A DNA stretch of 64,000 nucleotides from Octopus sinensis (GCF_006345805.1 NC_042998.1:19592001-19656000), one strand, 5' to 3'; positions 13,757 through 26,599 are shown, counted from the stretch's first letter. Made by a program: numbers and translations. The notes: generated by a model from the sequence alone, not told the origin.

Positions 13757-13788
<32 letters not shown>

Positions 13789-13942
13789 TAATAACATCGA
13801 AATACACATTCGGAATGAGAATCCTGATGAAGGCTCTAGGGTATATCAGCCGAAAGGTTCTGTTAACAACGAACAAAATGAGAACAAATATCACCAAATA
13901 TAAATAATGTACATAATTCCTCATTTTTTAAAAATATAGAAC
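13471..13942 (+). mobile_element. tRNA-headed, HHR-bearing short retroelement (H1) with an inverted partial copy at its 5' end
   Basis: A-box-like TGGCGTTGTTG at 13596-13606 and B-box-like AGTTCAATTCC at 13640-13650, then (AAT/AAC)n, then a body with CTGATGA..GAAA (13824-13855) and a tail shared with 2280-2423. 13471-13588 is the reverse complement of the HHR/tail region. Confidence 0.65.
13530..13575 (-). ncRNA. Minimal type-I hammerhead ribozyme (family H1)
   Basis: Minus strand GACAC-CUGAUGA-AA-GCUGG(AUGGUAUA)UCAGC-C-GAAA-CG-UU-GUGUU. Confidence 0.75.
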
Positions 13943-14289
13943 TAGAAAGGGAAATACAAACGATGTGGCATCTTAAAGCGAGAACTGTTCCTGGTACTGT
14001 GGGTGCCCTTGGTAGGATGCAAAATGAATGTCAGAAATATCTAGATACTATCCCAGGAGAACCATGTCTCAGAGAAATCGAAAAGATTTTGCTGACAAGT
14101 CCTGCCCACATCCTTATAAAAACCCTATGAATTTAAATGTATGTGATATATTACGTGAAGATATTTCACTTCTGCCCATGTCACTTCTCCTCCCTAAGCT
14201 TTCAGTCATACTGTAAAATCACTTATCCTTCATTTTCCCTAAGACACTGGTTGTTTCTGGACAAGTGATTGTAATAAACAAGCAGATTA

Positions 14290-14700
14290 AAAGTAAATTT
14301 AGGGGTGGTAAGTGATCGACTGCTAATTCCTTTACCCAACCCGAAAGAATGAAAGGCAAAGGGGTCTTCAGTGGAATTAGAACTGAGAACATGAAGATAG
14401 ACGAAATGACGCTATGCATTCTTCGCGGCGTAGTAACGATTCTGCCAGTCTTAGGAATGTGTCTTTGTGTCAGCCTCTGCCCGCCTTAGTAACTTGACAA
14501 CCGATGCTAGTATGTTTAGTACACGAAATTTGCGGTTCAGAAAAAGGATCCATTACACTAAGTACCAAACTTTAAAAAATAGAAAAAAGAAAACGAAGTA
14601 GTGTGATTGATTCTTTCGACTAAAATTCTTCAAATCGGTGCCCCAGCATGGCCAGAATCTGATGACTGAAACAAGTAAATGATAAAAGCTGAAAGATAAT
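14290..14700. mobile_element. Degraded SINE A (minus, about 14290-14450) and SINE B 3' half (plus, about 14490-14700)
   Basis: Recognisable family motifs (gaatgaaaggcaaag; ccccagcatggcc..gactgaaacaagtaaa). Confidence 0.7.
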
Positions 14701-15752
14701 GATCTGATATTTATTTGAATTACAATGGATGGCATTGTCTTCGGTTATTGAAAATCAAAATGGCAATATTATGGACACATTTTCCAAATGTTCGATCTGC
14801 GGAAAAGATTATTTCTCACAAACATTCACTTCCTGTCAAATAGCAAGGCCGTGTTTCAAAGATGCTGAGTTCATTATGACTGCTTTTCTCTCACAAATTC
14901 TGTTCAATGTCATCAACAATGATAGAAAAATTTGCAACAATATATTGTATTTTACGTGGATTTGTGTACACATTACTTTTACCTCATAACATGATGACCC
15001 TGAAAAACCTCTACCAGATATATTTGATTCTAAATACGAAATGGTGAATGAAAATAATAACCGGTTATCACCGTTGTTAATTGTTGCGAATATTTTGTAT
15101 GAGAATGTATTAGTACGGGCAAGAGAGGTAGTTTTGTAACGTGTTCAAAGTAACAATATTTTCGAGAGAAACAAAGAAACTTAAATATAAATACGGAATA
15201 ATGTTCATATCCTCCATTACCTATAGTGTAGAATCATCTAGGGTATGTATTTGTTATATAATTTTTTCCATCTAATGTATATATCAAATGTGTGTTAGAT
15301 AAAATTACATATATCATTATAAGAAGATATCAGTGAGTAAAATACTTATTATGTTCCCTTCCATCTTCAGATCCCATTTTATCATTGCAATGCAGTTTTC
15401 AGTGAGCTATTCAGATCTCAAGTAACCATAAGCTTGCAAATATCCATTCTAGTATATACATATGCGATGTAATACTCTCAATGAATATCGATTTTTATGT
15501 AAGGGAAAATAATTTCAGACTGCTCTTTCTGACGGATTGCACAGTCTATATTATCTCTTTTGAATAAGATCCAACATTGTACCATTAATTTCGAAGATAA
15601 ACGAACCTATAAAATCTTTACAAATCGGTTTTTCGTGTAAAATACCTGTAACTCCAGTTTAGTGATTGGTTTGTGGTTCATGTAATATTACGTCGTTTGC
15701 AGACCTTAATGTTCTTAGTTTATAAGAAAGGAATACAGCATATATCCAGCAA

Positions 15753-15787
<35 letters not shown>

Positions 15788-15794
15788 TAATAAT

Positions 15795-16294
15795 ATGGAA
15801 GTGGTATCATGTACATTGTTTTGTCTTGGTATAAAAGATGGGCTACAGCAAATATTCTGCTCAATACCACAGATTTGCTTGTCAGTTGTTTGACCTTAAC
15901 CAGTTGACCATGTCCCTTATTGGCTGACGATATGTGCATCTCTGATCACGAGCAGAAGTAGTGGGGAGCATCATGGCCGTGTGTTGAAAGGAACTCTTGG
16001 AGGTTTGGATAATTCACCTTTGAAAACATGGATGATTCGTTCAACCTCCTTAAACAATCCTTATTCAGGGACCTTTTGAGTAAGATTGGCTACTCGACCA
16101 GAAGCAAATTCTAACTGGGCCCCACCTGCAAGGTCATGCACTGTTAATCTTGATAGATCACGATATCGCGTACATATTGTTGTGATGCATGTGCCTGGTG
16201 TACTCTTATCAGAGGGGTAGTCATGATGGGTATACTGGGCTTCATATATTTTACCCCAGTGCCACTTTGATTGCATGCACTGCTCTCTCACTCA
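15795..16294 (+). mobile_element. Unclassified interspersed repeat with (AAT)n tail
   Basis: Flanked by (AAT)n. Its 3' end gcactgctctctcactcaataat recurs inverted at about 2240-2265. Confidence 0.55.
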
Positions 16295-16329
16295 ATAATA
16301 ATAATAATAATAATAATTTCTACTATTGG

Positions 16330-16505
16330 GGTTTGGAGAATGTCCATCACATCGACCCCAATGCTTGACTGGTTCTTAATTTACCAAACTTCAAAGGATG
16401 AAAGGCAAAGTCGACCTCGGCGAAATTTGAACCCACAAAATAGCGGCAGACGAAATACAGATAAGCATTATATCTGGCGTGGTAACGTTTCTGCCAGGTC
16501 GCCTT
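16330..16505 (-). mobile_element. SINE family A, partial
   Basis: ggatgaaaggcaaagtcgacctcggcgaaatttgaac. Confidence 0.8.
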
Positions 16506-16561
16506 ATTATTATTATTATTATTAGTAGTAGTAGTAGTAGTAGTAGTGGTAGTAGTAGTGC

Positions 16562-17085
16562 TTTCTTTATTGGTCATAACGACCGAACACAAAACATAAT
16601 GTACAATACACAGACGAGGGACAGTGTGGCTATACGTGTAAACAGGAAAACAACAATTAACAGTGAAATTTACTCAACAATATATAATTCCTCAATAGGG
16701 GAGATCCATCGGGAGTCGACCAAATGAAGTACCCTCTTTGGGATCTAACATCAAGGATACTCAGATATGTACCCATCTCGTCCTCACTGTATCTGGCCAA
16801 CAGGTACACACTTAGACTAGGCCCATTCACACGGGCCACACTTGCTACATTCACCCACCTTTCGACAAACTTACTGAGTGACAGCACCTCCCTCTCTGGT
16901 CTCACCTACCTTTTCGGGTGGAACCTGAAAATGTCAATGAGGACTTGGCCACAGAGGAAGGTGCCAGTCTTCAAACCTTTCAACCCCATCCACCATACAA
17001 CCTCTTTCTTCGTAGCCACAAGAGAGAGAAAACCTGCCTTTCATTCTCGGACATAGGAAGGAGGTAGGGCAATCTTCACAGTATT
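16562..17085 (-). mobile_element. 5'-truncated LINE (Tx1/L1-like) 3' end
   Basis: Minus-strand translation ..KEVVWW..FRFHPKR*VRPEREVLSLSKFVERWVNVA.., then a 3' UTR ending aataaagaaag next to (CTA)n. Confidence 0.65.
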
Positions 17086-17125
17086 AATAGCAACAACAAT
17101 AATAATGATAATAATAATAATAATA

Positions 17126-17325
17126 AGTGAGCAAAAATCTCGTGAGGTACGTGGAACAAATAGGGGCAGCAATAAGGGTGAAGCACTTGCAGAAAACAGC
17201 ACTGCTTGGAACCGCTCAAATACTCCGGAAGGTGCTCGAAAAATACGAGGTGTTATCTTAGTTCACTGGTAGTGAACAGCTGACACTGTAGTACATCTCC
17301 AGCGTTAAAAACTATGCAAAGGCAA
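17126..17325 (+). mobile_element. R4/Dong-like RLE non-LTR element 3' end within (TAA)n
   Basis: VEQIGAAIRVKHLQKTALLGTAQILRKVLE matches the RLE C-terminal LQK..LLGTA.ILR.VL motif. (TAA)n on both sides. Confidence 0.75.
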
Positions 17326-17327
17326 TG

Positions 17328-17359
<32 letters not shown>

Positions 17360-17825
17360 TTAGTACTTTATTCTATTTTCCACCTGGTTCATAACATATA
17401 AATTTCTAAATTATAAACTCTTCGTGATTATATTTGAACAATCGTGTGGGAAAGAATTTTATAAATTGCCTTGTTTGACGTGTTTGATGAAGTCATCTGA
17501 AAAGAATCATACCAGTATTGAAGAACTACGTAAGGAACCCAATATTTGCTGAATCATTTATATCGATTTCGATCAGAAGTCACATACACGTGGATGGTCT
17601 TTTAGTGGACCGAAACTTAATCATCTTTTTCATCTGCAGATCTACTGTCATAATTCAAAGTCAGCGATTATTTAAATGAAAAATGGCATTAACGTTACTA
17701 TCGAAATTGTTAACCAGTCAAACCATTTAATTTTACTCAGTATACAATCAAGAACATATGTGTATTCAGTTAGCGGTTTGTAAATGTGACATTGTATTGT
17801 GCTAGTGGATTAAATTATAATATAT

Positions 17826-18037
17826 ATTTCTTTAATGCCCACAAGGGGCTAAACATAGAGGGGACAGACAAAGGGATTAAGTCGATTACATCGAATCCAG
17901 TGCGTAACTGGTACTTAATTTATCGACCCCTAAGTGATGAAAGGCAAAGTCGTCCTCGGCGGAATTTGAACTCAGAACGTAACGGCAGACGAAATACGGC
18001 TACGCATTTCGCCCGGCGTGCCAGTTCACCGCCTTAA
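17826..18037 (-). mobile_element. SINE family A
   Basis: Homology to 19420-19648. About 20-bp TSD gtg(g/a)attaaattataatata. Confidence 0.9.
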
Positions 18038-19419
18038 GTGAATTAAATTATAATATAATAAAGCAAAACGAGTCTCCCTTTCAACAGTCCTTCTTCATAA
18101 TTAAACAGTTGGGCGCTTTAATTTCTATGTATTTATTTATCCATGTATTTTTATCTTTTGCCCCAAGGAAATTTTGACTCCGCTCTTGAGACTAAGCATA
18201 TGTTATACTTGACATATTTTATGCTATTACAAGTGTTTATACTATTCACCATCAGTTCCCCATACGAATGCTCGTAATCCGTTGGCCGGACATGAAACCT
18301 GGATCATGCTGCTACCCCACTGTTCTCTGCAGTGACATACGTAGATATCGTAAGATTATCATTTATCTGCATCTCTGCTCAGAAGATATTGACGTCAAAA
18401 GTTGTACAACGTTATTAACAACGGAATTTCGATCATATTAATCATAATAAATACGACAACATGTCTTTTTAGTGCATTAATATCACAGGATAACTTCGTT
18501 ATCCTTATACAATAAAGTGTTATTAAGTCCGTTATTAGTGATCTCTGCAAATCACTGCTTCTTATATTGTTTATTTATTCAAGTAACACCATCAATTTCT
18601 CATGCAAACCCAACAATCATGTAAGAAAATAAAATAATAAATCACATACCAATGCAAATAATCTTTTGTTATTTTCTTTGTTATGGAACTAGATCAGAAA
18701 CTAAAGACCAATCACATCTGTTATTGCATTATGCTGAAGTATTTACAAAGGCGACAAAAATAATATATAGAGTTGATGAATTCAATTTATTTGTGTCATA
18801 TTATATACTTATTGATAATTATCTCGATGCAGATAAAAGCAAATAAAACAAATTAATAAATACAATATTGATTCATTTTAACTGAGCAAATCACAGGTTC
18901 TAAACGGATAAGTGTTTAGATGTATGCAACTTCACTCGAAGTGTGCTATTTCGTATTTCTTTCAACCGTGGAGCTTTACATACTAATCATGAAATATCAC
19001 ATTCGATCATTACAAAACTTAGTAGACAGTAAGTTACAAATCTTTAAAGTTTGTAAGTTCTGCGAAAGGGGAGCTTCTCTTTCCGACGCACCGGATGTCA
19101 CAAGTGCCATGTTTTGACGATAAGGATATGAAAATATAATCCGAAACCATAAAAGAAATGCTTGTTTGATTATTCTATATTAAATAAGAAAAGGATCACG
19201 TGATAGAAAATTAAAACAACTAAACCTTTATCAAGATTTTTAAAAAAACAGCAATGTAATAAAATGAAATCATTATATACTTTTTAAATTAAAAAACAAA
19301 TATGTTTTGAAACTTATAGATCCCATCTGAAAGAAAGAAAACAAGTCGACGGCCGTTTTTCGTAAGAAGTCTTAATTTTCATACCTGCGTCCTAACTGTA
19401 ACCCTTATTTAAACTTACG

Positions 19420-19648
19420 CGGCGAGCTGGCAGAATCGTTAGCGCGCCGGGCAAAATGCTTAGCGGTATTTCGTCTGCCGGTACTTTCTGAGTTCAAATT
19501 CCGCCGAGGTCGACTTTGACTTTCATCCTTTCGGGTTCGATTAAATAAGCACCAGTTACGCACTGGGGTCGATGTAATCGACTTAATCCCTTTGTCTGTC
19601 TTTGTTTGTCCCCTCTATGTTTAGCCACTTGTGGGTAGTAAAGACATA
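19420..19648 (+). mobile_element. tRNA-derived SINE family A (reference copy)
   Basis: A/B-box-like head (tggcagaatcg; gagttcaaattcc), core gaggtcgactttg.ctttcatcctttcggg, 15-bp TSD cttatttaaacttac. Confidence 0.92.
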
Positions 19649-20750
19649 CTTATTTAAACTTACTCATAAAACTAAACATGAAACTGAATACTAAATCATA
19701 AATTATAACCGTAGACCTAAATTAAACCTCTGCACCCTGATCCCAATCCATAAACCTAAAGCCTAAAATCCTGTCCATTTTTTCAAATTCGTTTTCAAAA
19801 ACTGAGCAGTTCTAATCAAGTATTATAGAGTGGAAAGCCATCTTTTCAATTTCCCCGTTTTCAGGAATTAATTTCTTTAAAATTTTCCAAAATAACATTA
19901 ATTATATTTTGTTCTGCTAGCAAATGTATACGGTTATTCATCATAATTATATCTTTCTTGATTAAATGTTCGACAATGCCTCCGACTGGTTACGTGTCAC
20001 GACTGATTTTTTTATTACCCACGTGGGGCTACACAGAATGGACAGTACAAACATTGAGGACACAAAACATCACAATTACATATATATGGGTAAAATGAGT
20101 TAATGAAAATGATATATGAAAGTGGTGCTAACGGCCCCATCCGCTAGCTATTACGTGTCACGACTGGGCGAACGATGCAGTTTTAAACAGATACTGAAAA
20201 ATTAGTTATACAAACGCTAATAAATACGAGCGTAAATTTTATTCTAATCTTACTGGTGCACGCATGCTCATTAATGAATACATTTGAATAGAAAATTCTC
20301 TTTTAGCTCCCTGGTGAATTACTTAGATTAGAAAGGCATAAACACCCCATAAATAAAAACAAAACTTGCAGCAGTCTATTAAGAAATTAAATAATAGTAA
20401 GACTAATTAAGTAATAGTATGACCATCCTTTTAAGATAATTTTCCTACAATGACACGGAATCATTTAATGTAAGTGATGAGTTTATTCGATCGGCAGAAA
20501 GTATGTCGTCTACCTTAGAGCGGTGTCTCGACAGAATCTTTTGATCGTAAGATGAAGAAAAGCATTGCGAGTTATATTCTAGATTTTTTTTTATATTCTA
20601 ATTTCAAATCAAGATGTGTTTAATATTGCCTTTCGTGCCTACAAGGACGGTGTCACATTTACAAGTGAAACACTGGGTTGACAGAACCAATAGATCGCTG
20701 ACACAAATGATTTGACGCCATCAGTCTTTCACATTTCTACGGGATCGATA

Positions 20751-21466
20751 TACAGGTTCCGAAAGTATTGTTAACTCCTAAATATTGTTTATTATCGCCT
20801 TTATTATCACTATTCTTTGTTTTAGCATCCCCCACCTCACATGTAATGATTTGGGCTGCCGTATCGAGTAAGCAGCTGATAGGACCCTATTTCTTCGAGG
20901 GCATTATTAACCAGCAATCTTACTTAGCCATGTTAAGAGAGTGGTTTGTTCCACAGCTCCTGAAGTTGAATGTTGACCGGAATGATTGTTGGTTTAAATA
21001 AGATGGTGCCCCACCTCACTATGCTATCAATCTCCGGGAATACCTAAATGAAGCTTTTAGGGATAGATGGATAGTGCGCGGATGGCAACAACTTCCAGCA
21101 ACTATCGACTGGCCTCTCAGAAGTCCAGATCTCACGTCTTGAGATAACACTCTGTGGGGTATTTTCAAGGAGAGAGTTTCACATGAACAACACCAGAATA
21201 CCCATCAGTTGAAGGATGCCGTTCGAAGAGCCATTGTAACAATCACCAAAGTACAGCTTCGAAAAATATCACACTGGACATGGCGCCGCATCATTTTGTA
21301 TCACGAAAATGATGGTGTTTATATAGACCTTCTCGATGTGTGACAGCGTCAATGAAAGTGAATAAAATAAAATCAAGTTCGTGTTTTGGATTACTGCATC
21401 ACTTGTTCTTCTATTGTTCTCATTACATTTTGGTAGGGGTTAACAAAATTTTCGAAACACCCTGTA
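20751..21466 (+). mobile_element. Internally deleted Tc1/mariner element, rosa/DD41D-like, pseudogenised
   Basis: TA-flanked TIRs (tacagg..ttccgaaagtattgttaac / gttaacaaaattttcgaaacaccctgta). Translation VMIWAAV..IGPYFF..*DGAPPHY..WPLRSPDLTS*DNTLWG. Confidence 0.9.
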
Positions 21467-21945
21467 AATTACCTGGCAAATACTGAAATCTACCACATTT
21501 CGTGCCTTATATCGATGTCAGAATCAACAATTCACTTGCAGAGTGATAAACGTGACTCCGATAAAATTAGAATAAGAGCGACAAAACGAAATCCTGTCAA
21601 GCAGTCAGAATCCATGTAATGTCGAGATGTTTTATATAGGAAGCTACAAATGGAAATGTTTCAAAACAGTGAGATACAAGATGAGATGTCAGTAATTCTC
21701 TTAAGCATAGTAGTGTTTAAAATATTTTATTGTAAAAGAGTAAAACGCAAGTGTATCATTAGCTCATTATGGAAGTGCGCATACACTCCAGAAAATTTAG
21801 ACCGCTTTTGAAAGACGCAGTTACTGGTTCGATTTCACTAAGCAGAAGCTTAACTAAATTTCTTCTATGATAGCCGCGTGCTGCAATGATCCCAGTATGA
21901 GAAATTTGCTTCATAATCATTGTTCGGAAGCCTATAAAGTGTATG

Positions 21946-22181
21946 CACAGTCGTAGCCAAAAGTTTGGAACAGAGGTTTGAAAATTAGAATTTTTATATT
22001 AAATGCCCGAAGTTATATTTAATTTGCAATATATTATTATTTGGCCAAAAGTTTGGAACATAGGTTTGGAAATTAGAAATTTTATATTTTACGCTCAAAG
22101 TTATATTTGTTTCAGAGCGTATATTGGACATATTAATTTTAATCTTTAGAAAAACGATCCAAAATTTTGGCCACGACTGTA
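21946..22181. mobile_element. Tc1-type MITE
   Basis: TIRs cagtcgtagccaaaagtttgga / tccaaaattttggccacgactg, with an internal duplication of about 40 bp. Confidence 0.75.
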
Positions 22182-24508
22182 AGTGTTTATACATGAATAC
22201 CCTACTGGATTGAGCTGTGTCAGTTTTACCCAAAAATGTACATCAGATACTCGGGACTTGTTACAGAAGCGCGTAGATATTTTGGACGTCCCACTGTATT
22301 CTTCATTTGTCATGAGGTTTTTATTATAGATTCAGCTTCACCAGCGCTTTATGAGTTAAAAACGACAGCAAGCTCGTCAAACTGTGCGAAAATTTGTTGT
22401 ACATGCAGGCGCACGTGCACACCATTAAGCAATCGGGACAATAAAATTCTGTCAAACGCTCTCTATTAACAACACTTGGCAAACCAGATCGACGAGTGAC
22501 AAACGTTGTGGTCTACATTGTTTTGCGCTTGCTTTCCTATTCCCCTTCGTACAGTAAATTCAATGATCACTTTTGGAAATTTCAAAGTGTAGAATAGAAA
22601 GAAGCGTGGAAACTACATGTTTTTTTTTACTTCATAAATTGTTATCCATAATTTACGTAAAACTTGTGAAACGCTCGTAAGCGAATTATGCATATATATA
22701 TATATATATATATTATATCATATGTGCGTGTGCGTGAGTGAGTGTGTGTGTGCGCATATGAATGTATAGGTGTGCGTGTGTGTGCGTGTGCATATGAATG
22801 TATAGGTGTGTGTGCGTGTTTATTTACCAAATTCCATCTCTTTCTTTCTCTCTCTCTCTCTTTGTCTCTCTCTGTCTCTAGCAGCTATGCATGTAAATAT
22901 GTGCATTTCTAATCATGGGAATTCTTTCTAAAAGGAAGATGCAAAATCCATCTCTCCTCTCTGGAATGAAGATAACAAAAACACTTCCACATTTTGAACT
23001 CGAGAAAAAATGTTAGATAATTTACGGTTTTGATTGCCACCAAGGCATTTACAAATTAAACAAAAATCACCAATCATACTTTGTATACTTGCGCATTTCT
23101 AATTTGGGTATAGAAGGAAACGGTTTCGAAGCAGTTGCCCGTCGTTAATCTCTTCCACATTTTCTTCAAGATATATTCAGATCAGCTGGGTATGTGATTT
23201 CAATGTTGATATATACGTTTTCTTTTCTAACGTAAAGAACTATAATCGGATCTGTTAAGTTTACCCTTGGTAGAAATTTTGATGGGAATGTTCCACCAAC
23301 ATTCTTGCTGTTGATGTTTATGTATGTATTCAATAACAACAGGATTCTCTATATTTATTTCAAAATCATGTTGGTTTTTTTTTTTTCGGATGGCCTAATA
23401 TGTTTTACAGGAGAAAAGAGAGACGCCTCATCATTCGGATTTTACTTGCAAAAGTACGTTTAGGCAAAACTTCTAGATAAATGAGAATGTTATTGAAACA
23501 TTATATACACCTCGTTGTAAGACGCAGGTACCACTCACATGATGAGATTATAGTTACGGCTGAAGTAGAATATACGAAAGCACCACACCGCCACATCCCC
23601 TATACCAAGAGTTTACAAGCTGGCTGGTTGGCTGATTAGCTGGCTTGCCAATTACTGGCTGGCCGGCCTCTGGCTGGCTGGGTAGCAGAAAGAGCCTATC
23701 AGCATGTATTTGTGTGCGCATGCAAATACTTTCCATATTTTTTTCTTCCATGTTTTTCCCTCGAATTCATCCATTTATTTCCTCTTCTCTTCTTTCTAGC
23801 ATGACCTAAAGTACTTACGTGCGCGCGAGCATGTGTATGGATGTGTATGGATATGTATGTTCGAGTGTGTGTGCGCACCTCTAGCTGAATATGCACTGGA
23901 TAAACTGTTTTTCTGTAGATTCGCATCGCATTCTTTCACCAACGATCTTCGGTTAAAAGCAGGCTCATGAATTCACCTAAATTAAACGCGCCATTATATC
24001 TGTCGTCACACTAGGCCGTCTTTGTCCAATGTACATTCAACTCAACAGCGGTAAAGAAGCAACTGGGGAAGGTCAATGAAACTATTATCCGCTACTCTGG
24101 CATCATTTACTTTTGCGTGCAGGCATATGTGTTGGAGTGCGTTTCCTTGTACTATATATATATATATATATATATTTGCGTGTGCATGTGTGTTTGTGTG
24201 TATACATACATAGAGACAGACAGACATATAGATAGATAGATAGAAATATAGATAAAGAGAAAGAAAGGTAGATACATACATACATACTTACATAACTGAA
24301 GCGGTGATATCTTGTAGCACATGTGCTTATACCAGTACTCCATTATTGTACCTTTTGATCCTCTGTCCGAGGAAATTTTAATAGAAGTTATCTTCCATGT
24401 ATCCCCTACATGTACAATTTGTGATCTCTATTGGCAAATGAAACCGGTGAAATAGTGGATAAATACTACCAATTTGTGCATCGAATCTCCTATTTACTGT
24501 GATATGTG

Positions 24509-24549
<41 letters not shown>

Positions 24550-24649
24550 ATAATAATAAAGGGTAAAATTGGATTAATTAATAAATAATTAATAATTCCA
24601 TCAAGTAGTATTCGGCATGTTAAAAGGACCATTTACGGTAAACTTAAAC

Positions 24650-24840
24650 AATATTTTTTATAATTATGAATATAATTAAAAATAGGGTTTGGCAAAAAAA
24701 GTTGCTTAACCACATAGCGAACTTTAGAAATAGCAGCCAAATTACGTTCTTTCGCTGCTTTTTCTAAAGTTCGCTATGTGGTTAAGCAAGTTTTTTCCCA
24801 AACCCTAATTATAATTATATTCATAATTATAAAAAATATT
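24650..24840. repeat. Inverted repeat, about 87-bp arms with short spacer
   Basis: ttgcttaaccacatagcgaactttagaaa / tttctaaagttcgctatgtggttaagcaa. Confidence 0.9.
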
Positions 24841-25262
24841 ATATATATATATATATATCAAAATAAGAAACAAGGATATCCTAGGTAGTGTAGTACAATC
24901 GTTTCATGTTACTTCATTTTATTAAACACTGTAAGTATTACATCAGTTTTAAAATGTCGAGCAATCTTCAGTCACATATAGAAGTTTTTTTAACTAAATG
25001 GACAATGAACATTTTTATACTTATTTCCTTTGCCAACATTACAAAGAGGGTAGATATATAGACAGAGAGGTTAATTTCATCATTAAGAACATATTGGTAG
25101 TATGTCCTTCTTGCCACTTAAATGTGGCTATCTCTTAAGGGTGAATGCTACTGTAGTTTGTAGCCCCAGGAGGACACCTCCAGCTGGCTATTGACAAATT
25201 TTTGTGCCCTATCAGTATTTGCAAAGGGAAGCAATCCTTCCCATCTCCAACCTGATATGATA

Positions 25263-25307
25263 CACACAGACCTAAGTTCCTGGGTATTGACCCGCCATCA
25301 GCGTGTG
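25263..25307 (-). ncRNA. Degenerate hammerhead-like motif (family H8)
   Basis: Minus strand CACACG-CUGAUGG-CGGG(UCAAUA)CCCA-GGAA-CUUAGG-UC-UGUGUG. Helices are present but the core has substitutions. Lies in an about 465-bp insert (24860-25325) between (TA)n tracts. Confidence 0.5.
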
Positions 25308-25324
25308 ACAATCACCGGATATCG

Positions 25325-25381
<57 letters not shown>

Positions 25382-26599
25382 GAACGTCAAATTAATACAC
25401 CTGTCTGTTTTTTACACACCTGTCTTTATCATTTGTCTTTTTGTAAATTCCAACTATATATATGATATATATATATATATATATATATATAGTGTGTGTG
25501 TGTGTGTGTGTGCGTATGTGTGTATATAGATGCATATGTATTGTCGTCCAAACTGGAAGTGAGCACTGGCATGCTTGGGCAATTGTGAAGGTCTTTTCGT
25601 AGGAAACCATTCATTGTTTTGTTGACCCACAAGTAATGAATGTTCACTCGGCAATGCGGTGTTAAGCGCACGTTTTCACTGCCCGATATCATCGCATACA
25701 TATAATTGCATGCATATAATTGCCTATATGTGTGTCTGTGTGCTTGTGTGTGGATGCGTGTGTAAGTATCTATGTATAAGTGTTCTTTTTCTGAAATTAA
25801 TATTTTGTTAGCTTAAAAGTAATTAAAGTCTATTAAATACCTGTTATTACTTTGTATATGGAATTCAGCTTGTGTATGAATTTCGCCTTTATGATTCTGA
25901 GTAGATTATGCATTTAACATCGCTGGCAGACAGCTTCACTTTCCTTCTAGTTTTCCATTTCACCGTTCTTCAACTTACTCGAATGAGAGGCATAAGATGA
26001 AAATACATATCGTGTAAATATAACCACTTCGCTTAGTTAAAAACTTTGACACATACGAAATTGATGTAAGTTCAACACAACTGTGTAATGGGATTTCTGT
26101 TGACGTACGTATTTATTGTTAAAATATCAACAGTTTTGCATGTAACAATAATAAGCGTTGGTGTATTTCGATTTCGAAGAACACCTTCTTTTACAAATAT
26201 GTTCATAATACCCTCGACTGGAATAATTGTGTTCTGACTGTCTTGTGTATCTTCAGTTAAATACACAGCTAGATCGATGAATCCAAACAATTCTATGGTG
26301 AACAGACATCGTCTAAATAGAGAAGTCGCTCGCGAAAACGTTATATAAGTGTGATTCTTATGCTCTCATTTAAATGCCGTAGCTTATTCCGAATAAATAA
26401 CTGTGTCATCGTTTCTATTCTCAGTGTTTTCCGTGCAAATGTTATTTTACTCACGGAATGGTAGACATCAACACATAACACCACAGTTCATTTGCTGAAC
26501 TGTATTGCGTCATTTACCCAGTGTCTTGCATAAGTCATCAAATATGTGTGTCTGTGTGTGTGTTTGTCTTCAAATATGTTTGTGTGCATGTGTTTGTAT

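Noticed and set aside
19110-19156. ttgacga..ggat/atcc..gaaaccata
   Set aside because: Helix I and III are unsupported, likely chance.
24890-24950. Minus-strand CUGAUGU...GAAACGAUUGUA
   Set aside because: Core mismatch and no helix I.
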